In this document: piece after piece, positions 22,225 to 33,553 of the stretch | Layout of the letters: each line of letters opens with the position of its first letter | Numbering within the stretch: the first letter of the stretch is position 1 | Source of the DNA: Neovahlkampfia damariscottae | Taxonomy: Eukaryota | DNA length: 42,223 nt | Direction of reading: 5' to 3' | Assembly: GCA_016618085.1 (NCBI GenBank) | Contig: JABLTG010000168.1 | Span: 1-42,223 of the forward strand | The notes under the pieces: model-generated | What the model saw: only the letters and a program-made list of their open reading frames with translations | Told to the model about the DNA's origin: nothing | Database searches by the model: none | Translations under genes and position numbers: made by a program

Positions 22225-22406
22225 ATTTCAACTATCATATTGATTTTGTTTTTTCGTTTTTAGACTCCAGTATTTAGTCATGTAATAAAAATCCTTGGTT
22301 TTGATTGATTTCAACAGACTATGTCAATAACTTTCTTTTTTTTTTTTGAAGTTGTTTTGTTGCTTGAATTCATGGTAAATTGAGATAGTTATCTAATTGG
22401 TCAATT

Positions 22407-23368
22407 ATGTCAAGTTCAGAAAATCCATTGAGTGGCAAAGACGAAGTTGATCTCGAATTTCAACAATTTAGTAATAATGATGCTACTTTAGATATTATAA
22501 ATTTAGATGAACCTGAAGAAGATGGTAAATAAAAAAAAAAAAAATTTAAATAATTAGATCTATTTGTTGGTATGACTATTGGCGAAGAAATTGAAACAGA
22601 ACAACCAAAACCTGAAAAACAATTAAGTTTAAATTTCTTTTCATATTCTTTCTATCAACAATTTTTTGACGTTGATAGTTCAGAAGTTTTGGTCAGAATT
22701 TATAAAACAGTTGTACCTTGGAAACCAAACTTTTTTGAAAATATAAAATCAAATCCAGACCTGTAAGAAATAAAAAAATTAAAAAAAAACCACTTAGATA
22801 TGGTCCATTTTGGATTTCTACTTGTTTAATTATTTTATTGGCAATTTCAAGTAATTTTGGTGATTTTTTCAATTGGTATCGAGTTTATAAAGATTTACAT
22901 AATCCTATACCACCTACAAATGGAACTAGTTCAACAAATCCATGGAGATCACCAAACACAAAAAACCTAGAAAATTGGACTAATGATTTTTCAAAAGTAA
23001 TAGTGGGTTCAATATTCATTTACACATACGTATTTATATTACCAACTATTTTATGGGTATTTGCGAAATGGAAAAATATTTCAATCTCTTTGATTCAATT
23101 CATTTCAATTTATGGATATTCATGTTTTTTATTTCTTCCTTCAATTATTTTGATGACTTTAAATTATGATTATTTAAGATGGATTTTCATATTCATTTCA
23201 TTTGTTTATTCATCTTTATTTTTATCGTTGAACACAGGATTTGAATTAAAAGATCATTTATTGGGAAGAGAAAAATTTTTGATTATTGGTGTGTTATTAT
23301 ATATGATTGTTTTGCAATTATTTTTTTCATTCTTTTTGAAATTATATTTTTTTAATTTTTCTCATTAA
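22407..23368 (+). CDS. YIPF1: Yip1-domain protein, YIPF1/2-like
   Basis: FYQQFFDVDSSEVLVRI...NPDLYGPFWIS...SIYGYS; two short introns. Confidence 0.85.
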
Positions 23369-23415
23369 AAATTTGTCCAATCACCTTTTACTTTTTTTTG
23401 TTTGAAGTTTGTTGG

Positions 23416-25308
23416 ATGAGGTTTTTTGAAATTGAAACTTTTAATGAACCTTTGAAATGTTTAGTTCCTGTGTCAAAATTTCAATGGAAGAAGAATAAAA
23501 TTGGACAGTTTATTTTAATTACTTTAAAAAATAATGAAAAAATTATTTGTCGGGCTTATCCTCATGATTTGGATGATTTCTATGGAAATTGTAATTTTAT
23601 TTCAACAAAAGAAAATAAAATAAAAGAAGAAGGAGAGGAAATTGATCAATTTACTTTTATAAGCCAAAAAGAAATATTTAATTTAAAAGAAATATTTATA
23701 CAATGCGACCAAGAAGAAGAATTTAAAAATATTTCAAAGAGTTTTATTCATGGTTTAGTTTTACAAAATAATTTTTATTTGTACAATAAATTATTATTTT
23801 TGAAAGTCGAAAACAATGAAAAGTTCTATAAAATAGACAGAAGTACTCAAATAATTTTTTCAAAAGAAAATGAAGAAAAAAATGAAGAATTTATTGAAAC
23901 TGAACATGATGATTTAGAAACAGTTTCATTGGAGAATGAAATTATTGATATTCTTTCAAATTTTGGAAAAATTTTAATTTATGGAAATTCAAATAAAAAA
24001 AAATTCTTTATGAAACTTGAAAAGAAAATGAAAAAGAAATTCAAAAATTTAAATGATCTACCTGATAATTATATTATAAAAAATGAAGAAATAATATTTA
24101 TCGAAAATATCGAAGATGTATTGATTGAAGAATTAAATTTAATTGAAATTTTGAAAAAAAAAAAGATATCATTTATCGGTGGAACAAATAAATCATCTCC
24201 AAAAGATGTCAAAAATATCTATAAAAAGTATTTAAAATTATTTAATTTTCCGTTACCAAATCAAAAACGAAGAGAGTTATTCTTCAAAAAAGCAATGAAG
24301 AATTTTCCAAGTTTGAATTTTGATTTAGATTTATTTTTAAATTCAACTGAAGATTTTTCAGAATTTGATCTTTTAAATTTATTAAGAGATTCATTAATTG
24401 AATCAAAATTAAATTTTGAGAATTTAAACGAAAAACAATTTGAAAGATCATTGGTTAATATTAAATCAAAATTCGAGCATAAATCGGAAAAGTTTGAAAA
24501 TATAAATTGGAATGAAATTGGTGGTTTAGAAGAAACTAAATTAATTTTAAAACAATGCTCAGAATGGCCATTGATTTATAAAGATAAATTCAAAAAATTA
24601 GGTATTGTTATTCCTCGTGGAATATTACTATACGGACCACCTGGTTGTTCAAAAACTAAATTGATAAAAGCATTAGCAACAAGCACTAAATCTAAATTTC
24701 TTTATTTAAACTCTGCATCTATTTATTCATCATATGTTGGTGAATCAGAAGAAAGTATCAGAAAAATATTTGAAAATGCAAAAAAATCAAATTCATCAAT
24801 AATTTTTTTTGATGAAATTGATGCTCTTGTTGGAAAAAGAGATTCAACTTCAAAAAATTCAAATGTTGAAAAAAGGGTACTATCAACATTATTGAATGAA
24901 ATGGATGGAATTGAAGAAATTTCAAAAAATGTTTTGATTGTTTGTGCTACAAATAGACCCGAAATGATTGATTCTGCATTACTTAGACCTGGTAGAATTG
25001 ATTATGTGGTTTATGTTCCACCTCCAAATTTTGAAGAAAGAATTGAAATATTTAAAATCTACACTAAAAATTTAAAATTGAAAAAAGAATTTGATTTCAA
25101 TTTATTATCCATTGAATTTCATAATTTTACAGGTGCTGAAATAGAATCCATATGTAGGAATGTTTCATTATTTTCTTTGAATCATGAAAATGAAGAATTG
25201 GACATTTCTCATTTCTTGGAAGCAAAAAAATTAATTCATCCAATAATTTCAACAAACATGTTGGAAAAATATGAAGAGTTTAAAAAGAATTTCAATGCTA
25301 AAAAATAA
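23416..25308 (+). CDS. AFG2/SPATA5-family AAA+ ATPase with degenerate first AAA module
   Basis: WNEIGGLEE, GILLYGPPGCSKT, IIFFDEID, ATNRPEMIDSALLRPGRID in D2; D1 lacks a Walker A (ILIYGNSNKK). Confidence 0.85.
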   Translation: MRFFEIETFNEPLKCLVPVSKFQWKKNKIGQFILITLKNNEKIICRAYPHDLDDFYGNCNFISTKENKIKEEGEEIDQFTFISQKEIFNLKEIFIQCDQEEEFKNISKSFIHGLVLQNNFYLYNKLLFLKVENNEKFYKIDRSTQIIFSKENEEKNEEFIETEHDDLETVSLENEIIDILSNFGKILIYGNSNKKKFFMKLEKKMKKKFKNLNDLPDNYIIKNEEIIFIENIEDVLIEELNLIEILKKKKISFIGGTNKSSPKDVKNIYKKYLKLFNFPLPNQKRRELFFKKAMKNFPSLNFDLDLFLNSTEDFSEFDLLNLLRDSLIESKLNFENLNEKQFERSLVNIKSKFEHKSEKFENINWNEIGGLEETKLILKQCSEWPLIYKDKFKKLGIVIPRGILLYGPPGCSKTKLIKALATSTKSKFLYLNSASIYSSYVGESEESIRKIFENAKKSNSSIIFFDEIDALVGKRDSTSKNSNVEKRVLSTLLNEMDGIEEISKNVLIVCATNRPEMIDSALLRPGRIDYVVYVPPPNFEERIEIFKIYTKNLKLKKEFDFNLLSIEFHNFTGAEIESICRNVSLFSLNHENEELDISHFLEAKKLIHPIISTNMLEKYEEFKKNFNAKK

Positions 25309-25327
25309 AAAAGACAACAGAAATATT

Positions 25328-26616
25328 TTATTTCATAAGATTTCTCCATTTATCTCTTAATGCTACTCCATCTCTTTTTGGATGGAATTGATAATGTGAT
25401 AAGATTGTTGACCAACTACCAACTCCCTTTTTAAAAAAAAAATTAAACAAAAATATTCTCACAAATTCTTTAACTCCTTCTTTCAAATGTAATATTTCAT
25501 CATTGGTCCATGTAACTTTGGTGTGTCCTTTGATTCTTTGACCTTTATTTGAACTTTTTGGTGTACCATAATTTTTAAAAGATCTTCTCTTTGGTGTGCT
25601 CAAGTCTAAAAAAAAATTTAAACAACTTTCGTTTTTTTACTATAAGTTGGATCATCAATAATATCTTTTTCAGAATCAGAATAATCTTCAATTGGTGAAT
25701 CACTTTCATAATCAGTTTGTTTAGTTTTCTTCTTTTTTGGTGGGATACGATTAAGTGCATTTTCTAAAGGATCTTGAACTGATTCTCTTAATCTTTTATT
25801 TGTTTCTCTTAAATCATCAATTTCATCTTGATAAGTAGATCTAATAACATTTTGAAATTGTGATTTTGATAAATTTGCACTTTTAGCACCTGCATTAAAG
25901 TTCAAAAATCTACCAGAGCTTGGAATTTCTTCTTCTTCTTCTTCTTCATCATCAAAACCATTCTGATGCACTATATTCTTATTTTTTGGTGTTTTTTTTG
26001 TTGTTTTTTTAGGTGTAGCATTTTTTGAAGAAGTTACTGTTTTTTTTGGTGTTGATTTTTTTGGAGGTGCATTTTGTTGTTCTAATTTATTATTTCTTCT
26101 AATCATCTTTTCAAGCATTGACTCTTCTTCAATTTCCTTTGCAATTTCATTGTGATAGTCAAAAATATCTTGTATAAGTTCAATTAAATCATTTGGAATC
26201 TTTTTAAAAGAGTCACAATTTTCTCTGGTGATTTTATATTTTTTAACAACTTGTTTTACTCTTTTTGTAAGTGTTGGTCCATTTTCTGAATATGGTGATA
26301 ATCCTTCAAGAGTTTCAAGAAATGCTAAACTATCAAGTAAAATTGCAGGTATTTTAAATCTTTCTAAATGAACAGTATCTCCACTTAAGAAAGGTGTTTC
26401 TTCAGCATCTTGTGTTACAGTTTGGTGTAAAGCTCTGTTTAAAAACTTTTTTTGAACAACAGGAGAAAAATCATAAATGGATAATCCTTGTGAATCTTGA
26501 ATAAGTTCCATAAAGTCTCCTGTGATTTTATTTACTCTTTTTGAAAGTAAGAAATCAAGTATTAATTCAAGTGGTTCATTAGATTCACCTAATGATCCTT
26601 GTAGTCCTTGCTCCAT
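25328..26616 (-). CDS. TRF-like telomeric-repeat-binding protein with C-terminal telobox Myb domain
   Basis: Introns 25606-25640 and 25427-25462; WTNDEILHLKEGVKEFGVGSWSTILSHYQF..RDGVALRDKWRNL at the extreme C-terminus. Confidence 0.8.
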
Positions 26617-26643
26617 AAAGTTCGTTAAATTTTCTCTTTTCTA

Positions 26644-26653
26644 ATTGGCCAAT
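26644..26653. promoter_or_regulatory. Palindromic double CCAAT box (ATTGGCCAAT)
   Basis: 28 nt upstream of the ATG at 26616(-). Confidence 0.55.
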
Positions 26654-26835
26654 GAAATCGGTGTCTTTTGTTTGAACAAACAAATTGAATAAAATATAAA
26701 AAACAATTGAACTTCACTTTTTTTAGGTTTTCCGGAGAATAATATCAGAAGGAAAAATGATTGGTCAACTATAACTGTTCTTGAAATTCCCATCAAAAGC
26801 ATTTTATTTTATTTCTTAAATCTTCTATTAATTTT

Positions 26836-27541
26836 TTATTGAAATAAAAGACAAAAACAGCCAACAGGAACCTCCGGAGTATTTTCTTCATATCTAATTG
26901 AACAGTTAGTCACCAATAAAAATCTTACAATACATCTACATTCAAAACAATTACTCTCTGAGTTTTTGCTGTCAACCCTACTTTGAATGAAAACTTCTTT
27001 TCTTCCACATTTTTTTTCACCAATGTGCAAAATTTTTCCAATTCTGTCTCTGAGAATAAAAATGTTAAATCTTCTTCTTTGACGTATAGATGGTCAACCT
27101 TAATGCCAAAAGTACGTTCAAATGCTCTAATGGTTATAGTTTATTAATCTAAAGTTTTTTGACTTACGAATTCCAACTTAAAAGTTGTCCTTGCATGGAT
27201 AAAAATAGCATTGGTAAGTCCGAGCTTTCATAACAGTTACTGAATTTGTTGTTAGGTATTATTCTATGATTCAGTTTTTTTTCAGTTTTTATTTTTTTTT
27301 TTGCTTTGAGTTCTGCTAGCTCCATTGATTGTTTTTTCATCAAATTTTCATAAGTGTACAGCTCTTGAAACAAATTCATGTTTTGGACCTTTACATTTTT
27401 TGTCTCCTGAACATGGTGAAAGTTTTGTGGTAGCGGAAACTTCTTCTGAATGGTTTGGTTGTCAAGAAAATTGATGTTCCTAATAGGTGGTAAGAAAACT
27501 TTGTTGTCTTGGTGGTAGTTTGTGGGTCTATTGTAGTTCAT
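26836..27541 (-). CDS. PAS-domain protein
   Basis: Introns 27127-27167 and 26894-26928 (the latter has a GACTAAC branch point) give CYESSDLPMLFLSMQGQLLSWNSAFERTFG...VIVLNVDVLYEENTPEVPVGCFCLLFQ, a PAS pattern. Confidence 0.7.
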
Positions 27542-27738
27542 CACCTGTTGTATTTTTCCGATTTAGCAGTATTCAAAAGTGCTTTCAGTTGATCCGATTG
27601 GAGCGGAGATACAATAACGGGAGAATTAATGATTGGGTCATGAGCAAAAATGGAAATTTGCTAATTGGTCATTTTTTCGGAAACCCAAAAAGAACTTAAA
27701 ATAATAAACACAAGTTGAATATTCAATTAAAAATAAAT

Positions 27739-29637
27739 TTATAATGTCAAAGTGCTATGATGAAACACTCTCCATTTTTCTGAAAATTGTTTTTTATCCA
27801 CTTTAAAATTGTGCCTATCGGATCCTGTGATTGATATTCGTATTTTGCTTCCTTTTCTAAATTTATAAGAAATTGGAATTAAATTAATTTCTAATTTTTC
27901 AATTCCTTTCATTTCTTTAGCATCTTTTTCAAAAAAACTACGAAATGGAACCACATCAACCAGATTATCATTTTTTGAAAAATGACGATGTTTTCCCTGT
28001 AGCATACCTTCTGTGACATAAATAACATTTCCATCTCTCAAAACCTCTTCCAAATAAACAAATACAGCAATATCACTTTTGTTCATTGCTTCTAAAAATA
28101 GAGTTATTGAAGGATGACCTGTTGATTCAAGATTTTCTTTTAATGGAGAAGATTTATAAATTAAATGTGTTTTTTCTATTTCCTTTTTATTTCGATCATA
28201 AGAAACAGGTTTCAAAAATAAATGAGAAACTAAATTCCATCTTGAAATTTCACCTGATGTTGAGTCAAAATTCACATTATAAACATCAAATGATTCTTCA
28301 TTTCCTTTTTCATTTTCAATCAATTTTTGATTTTTTGAGAAATGATAAACCTTTTTTTCTTTAGGTTTTGGTGGCCAAACTTTCGTTGATTTCCATTTTT
28401 CTTCTCCAATAGTGAAATAATGAATTGGATCTTCTTGATAAATATTTGTCTTTTCGTCAAGTATATGATGATCGAAAAATCTTAAAAGTTCATTTGAGAG
28501 ATTAAAACATGTGCTATCTATTAATCTGTGAGGACTTGAATTCTTTCTTGCTCCATGATTCCAAGGTCCTAAAACTAATTTATTTTTTGTAGAGTTCAAT
28601 GTCAAATAACGTTTAATTGAAGAATGTTGAATTGAAGCATCATACCAACTCGAAAAAATATAATATGCAGTTTTTGATTTTTTAAATTTTTCAACTGAAA
28701 AATGATTCGATATTTCATCCATTGATTTTCCATTAATTGATGGAATTCTTTCATTGCTAAATTTTTTGAAGTTTTTTTCATTTACAATATCAAAATAATT
28801 CAAATTATTTTTGTGCTCTTTGATTGATTTCTTTAATTGATTTTCATCTTTATTTACTGGAGAAACACCTTTTACTGCGTAATCCAAAATAAATCTCATT
28901 AAAATATCTGGATATCCATAATTTGGTGGTAGTTCTCCTTGTTCAAGTTTTGTTGTAATTTCAGAATACTTTTCAAAAAATCCTGTGCAGAATAATCCAC
29001 CAGGAAAAGCGAGATCTCTGTAAAGATCAAATGGCGAGAAAAGTGTTGCTATTGCTTTTAGAGATTCTTTTGAAAGAGTTGTCATGTATTCAGCAGCCAT
29101 ACCATCATAAGAAATACCTAAACTACCAACTTTTCCGTTACTCCAATTTTGTTTTGTGATATAATCAATAACAAAAGAATAGTCTTTGATTTCTGATTCA
29201 GTAAAATCATATTTTCTTGATCCTTCACTTGCTCCTGTTCCGCGAACATCAAAAGTTACATAAGCGTAACCTCTTGGAACGAAACTTGAAATAAAATTTT
29301 TTGCTCTATGTATCCTTTCTCCAAGAAGTAAATCAAAAGGTGATTTTATAACTTGAGAACGTCCAAATCTTGTTCCATGAATTATTGTCGGAATTTTTAA
29401 TTTTTGTTCAATTATTTTTTTTGAAGGAAGTATTAAATCAACAGCTATTTTTGTTTTATCAAAAGATTCAATATAGAAATTTGAATAAATTTGTTTTTCA
29501 TTTTTATATGGAAGATTTGGGTTATATGAAGTCCATTCTTTATCATTACCTGGAAAATTACAATTATTAATTTCGTATATATTGTAAAAAAGACTACCCA
29601 AAAGGACAACTGTAAATGCTATGAGGTAATTAAACAT
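27739..29637 (-). CDS. CocE/NonD-family (peptidase S15) serine hydrolase with N-terminal signal/anchor
   Basis: IAVDLILP, GYAYVTFDVRGTGASEG, WSNGKVGSLGISYDG, LVLGPWNH, C-terminal PepX_C-like domain; intronless 632 aa. Confidence 0.9.
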   Translation of the reverse strand: MFNYLIAFTVVLLGSLFYNIYEINNCNFPGNDKEWTSYNPNLPYKNEKQIYSNFYIESFDKTKIAVDLILPSKKIIEQKLKIPTIIHGTRFGRSQVIKSPFDLLLGERIHRAKNFISSFVPRGYAYVTFDVRGTGASEGSRKYDFTESEIKDYSFVIDYITKQNWSNGKVGSLGISYDGMAAEYMTTLSKESLKAIATLFSPFDLYRDLAFPGGLFCTGFFEKYSEITTKLEQGELPPNYGYPDILMRFILDYAVKGVSPVNKDENQLKKSIKEHKNNLNYFDIVNEKNFKKFSNERIPSINGKSMDEISNHFSVEKFKKSKTAYYIFSSWYDASIQHSSIKRYLTLNSTKNKLVLGPWNHGARKNSSPHRLIDSTCFNLSNELLRFFDHHILDEKTNIYQEDPIHYFTIGEEKWKSTKVWPPKPKEKKVYHFSKNQKLIENEKGNEESFDVYNVNFDSTSGEISRWNLVSHLFLKPVSYDRNKKEIEKTHLIYKSSPLKENLESTGHPSITLFLEAMNKSDIAVFVYLEEVLRDGNVIYVTEGMLQGKHRHFSKNDNLVDVVPFRSFFEKDAKEMKGIEKLEINLIPISYKFRKGSKIRISITGSDRHNFKVDKKQFSEKWRVFHHSTLTL

Positions 29638-29687
29638 GTTCCTCTTCTAATTAAATTAAACCAATAAAATTCATCCAAACAAAATTA

Positions 29688-31252
29688 ATGACTGAAGATT
29701 TGCACAAAGAGTTGATCAGTATATGGGAAACAAAAACAAATCTATCAAATAATTTTGAACAAAGATTGATTGAATATCACAAAATAGTTCAAGAAATTTT
29801 TGCAAAAAGTGAAAATGTAATTGAAAATAAAATTGACAATAAAAAAAGCCTGAATCTGGAAATATAGTGAAGTTTAATTGCATGATACAAGATTTTTTAG
29901 ATGATGAAATATGTTGTCCACTTTATAAAAAAGATGATAAAATTTTACCTTCTTTGTATAATGATGAGGTAGAGAATGATATCATTGATGATTTTTATAT
30001 CCAAAGAAAAGTTTATTTTGGAATTCCAATACCTGGAAAAAGTTACTGGGCAAAAGAAATTTACTCTTCAAAATATACAGAATCACAAACTAAAGAAGAT
30101 ACCATGGAAGAAGAGAAAGAAGAAGAAGAAATTTTGATTGGAGAAAAGAAGAAAAGAAAAAGATCAGAATTCAATCTCAACAACAAAAAAAAAGAAAAAA
30201 CAAATCCAAATGAATTCAAAATTAAAGTATTCAATGAAGAAGATGTTTTCAAAGTTTGTGAATTAGTTGAAGTAATTGGATTCTTTCATGAAGAAATACT
30301 TGAAAATAATATGGGTTTACAAAAAACAATTCATTTAATTTCATATAAAAAACTTAAACATCCATCTTTAAATCAAGAAATTAAAATAAAAAATCCAAGA
30401 GATTTGATGTTGAATTATTTAGGAAATTATTTTGATACATTAACATCAGAATATCTTTTACTTCATTTTATATCAAGAATTTTTAATAGATATCAAAATA
30501 AACCAGTTGGAAATTTAAGTTTAAATATTTCTGGTTTTAAGAATAATTTTAAAATTGAAAATCTTGTTGAAAATATTTTACCATTTTATAAAATATTTGA
30601 TTTAAATATTGAAAATATAAATAAATTTGATTTTATTCCTTCAAAAGATTATGAAAATAATAAATTGAAAACTGGTATTTTACAATTATGCGAAGGAACT
30701 TGTTTTATTATTAATGAAACAGGTAATTTATTAATGAATTTATAAATTTTTTATTTAGATTTGAATGAAGGTGGTGAAATTAAAGGAAAAGGAATTGAAA
30801 ATATCAAAGCAATTAAACAATTAATTCAATATCAATCTGTTCCTTATAATTTTTCATATATTGTTAATATTGATTCAGATATACCAGTTTTATCAATTTC
30901 AAAAGGAAAATCATTATTTTTTGATATTTTTAATATTTCCATTAAAACAAAACAAATTAATTTTTTTTCAAATTTGAATCAATTTAAAAAAGAAGATTTT
31001 ATTGAATTAAGAAATTATCTTGCTTTTGTAAAATATAATTTAGATTATTCAATTGAAAATGTTAAAGAATTTGTCGAAAATGATTTTATTCAAGAAAGAA
31101 AATTAAATTCTATTACTCCTGAAACTTTTGATAATTGGTTGAATTTAGCTAGATTGATAACATTGAGTTTTGGTGAAAAACATTTGACAAAAGATATTTG
31201 GAATAGAATGAAAGAAATGGAAAAAGAAAGATTAAAAAGATTTGATATTTGA
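29688..31252 (+). CDS. MCMBP: Mini-chromosome maintenance complex-binding protein
   Basis: VKFNCMIQD, IPIPGKSYW, SEYLLLHFIS, PSKDYENNKLKTGILQL.EGT...NET, GIENIKAI..LI..Q.VPYNF, WLNLARL; two short introns. Confidence 0.88.
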
Positions 31253-31259
31253 ATATTTT

Positions 31260-32713
31260 TTATTTCATTTTTTTATATGCATTTGCTTTTGATTTTCGTA
31301 CTCCAAATTTTGACAAATCAATATCTTCTTCTAATTTTCTTTTATTATTTTGTGTTATTTTATCATTTTTTGATGTCGAACTTTTCTTATTTTTCTCTTC
31401 ATCTTTCAATTTCTTCAATTCAATTTGTTTTGATTTTTGATCATTTTCTAAAGTTGAAGTATGTATTGATTGAATTTTTCTTCCTTTAATAGTGTGAACA
31501 GTTTCTTTAATTTTTAAATTCGCATGTAATTTTGATTTTCTCAATGAACCACTATTTTGTTCATTTACTTCAAAATCAATTGAACAATTTCTTCCATTTT
31601 GATATTTTTGATATTTTTCCAACATTGCAACTTTCTCCCAAGGAAATAATCCAAATTCATCTTTTTTGTCACTAATATCATTTTCAGAATCCATTTCAAG
31701 TTTTTTTAAAATCAACATTTTTTCACAAACACCAGAAATAAAATTCCTCTTCAAAAAAATCTAAAAATAAAAAAAAAATGAAAAAATGAACAATTACAGG
31801 TGGAGAATCAAAAATAGAATCAGAAATCATATTCTGAATATCATCAAAATCTTGTAAATTTTCTGTAAATTTTACAACTTGATTATTATACTGTTTTAAT
31901 TTTGATAAATTTTGAGCTTCTAAATCAACATTATTTTGTTTATTTGAATTTGAATTTGATTCAATTGTCTTCTTTTTTGTTATTGTACCCCTACATTCTT
32001 TTGATCCACAATGACATACTTGTAATTGAGTACCATAACATTCAAAATCATAATCAAATGTTAATTCAGTACCTTTTTTAACATCTTTTATTGTAAATAT
32101 ACCAATTTTAATCTCATTTCCAACATTCCATTTTTGAGTTTTACCTTTTAACAATTAAAAAAACAATTTCATTTTTTACAATTTGGTGTGCAACAATGAT
32201 TAATATACCCTATCAAAAAAAAAAAATAAAATTTTTGAAAATGAGAATACTTGCATTATTTCCTTTTCTTGAAGCATCAATAATTCTATTTGATGATAAT
32301 GTTAAGTAATAAAAATGATCATCTGGATCATCATCAATTCTTTTTTCCAACATGTCAGTGTCTAGAACTTCACCAACATATTCAATAATAAATTCATCTT
32401 TTTTTATATCTTTTTTTGCAAATAAACCTTTTCCTTTTTTTGGTACTTGTTTAACTTCAATGTTTTTATTCCAAGCATAATTTTGAAATCTATTGTTTGT
32501 ACAATTTGGACTGCATGTTCCTTTTAGACACTCTGTGAATAATAATCGATTCATGCATGTATTTTTATCACATTTTCCTCTCTTTTTGTCACATGAACAA
32601 ATTGAAGCATCATCTTTTCGTACATTAGGAGGTGGAGTACATAAATAATCATCTTTGTTTAAATGTTTAATTATTTTATTCTTACTTCTTTTTATATGTA
32701 TGAATTTACTCAT
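31260..32713 (-). CDS. AWS-SET-postSET histone lysine methyltransferase (SETD2/ASH1/NSD-like)
   Basis: C.NR...EC....C.N.RFQ, KGKGL, EYVGEV, IDASRKGNNARYINHCCTPNC, ELTFDY, CHCGSKECRG; three short introns. Confidence 0.9.
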
Positions 32714-32952
32714 TTTATTTTTTTGTTATTTTTTGGATGGTGATCGTTCACACCTCTGTTGGAGTGGATTTACAAAATTAATTCGGAGGATTTGATTGGA
32801 TGAATGAATATTAGATAAAACCTGATTGAAATTTTTCATCCATAAAGATCTTTGTTACCATTATTCGTTTGGTATTGATGTTGATATTTTATCATGTTGC
32901 TAATGAAAAAAATGAAAAAAAAAATATTGATTTTTATTTTGCCATTTCTTTG

Positions 32953-33444
32953 TTATAAAATCGTCAAATAAACGTACAAAACGAGATTGAATACAGTGAA
33001 ATAACTCAAAAATATAATTAAAGTTCCTATATAATTTCTTCTTAACCAAATTTCAAATATTTCTTCATTGTTTATTGTTTGAAGAATATCTTTTTCTTCT
33101 AAAAGTTCAAAAATATTTTCAATCTTTTTAAAAGGTGTTGTATTTTGTGTATGTAAACAAACAATATCATAAAATTGATATTTCTTTGATTTTTCATATA
33201 ACACTTTTTTCAGTTCCAATTCTTCAAATAATTCATTTACATAAAGTGGAAATGGTTTATTTGTATCAAAAAGACTTTTTACTTTTACATTAATTTTCAC
33301 TTTTGGATAAATTATATCACCTTGTTTTTCATCAAAATTTAATAAATTCAAATTTATTTTTAATTTTTCTGCAGTTAAGTTTTCAAAATTTTTCTTTGGA
33401 ATTGAATATGGTTTTGACGAAAAAAAAATTTGTTGCTTTGACAT
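32953..33444 (-). CDS. Hypothetical protein with C-terminal TM segment
   Basis: Intronless ORF from ATG 33444; CCAAT at 33468-33472; TM YIGTLIIFLSYFTVFNLVLYVYLTIL. Confidence 0.55.
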   Translation of the reverse strand: MSKQQIFFSSKPYSIPKKNFENLTAEKLKINLNLLNFDEKQGDIIYPKVKINVKVKSLFDTNKPFPLYVNELFEELELKKVLYEKSKKYQFYDIVCLHTQNTTPFKKIENIFELLEEKDILQTINNEEIFEIWLRRNYIGTLIIFLSYFTVFNLVLYVYLTIL

Positions 33445-33553
33445 TCTGATTCTTCTCTTAAAATAATCCAATCAGATGCAACTCAGAAAAAATGAAAAAT
33501 TTAACTTCTAATTTCTTCATTTACAAAAGAATTCAACGTTTCAAATATTATTT

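Noticed and set aside
32797..32842. 8-bp inverted repeat TGGATGAA...TTCATCCA with an internal CTGA (possible C/D snoRNA)
   Set aside because: Box C/D placement relative to the stem is wrong and it overlaps a promoter CCAAT; insufficient evidence
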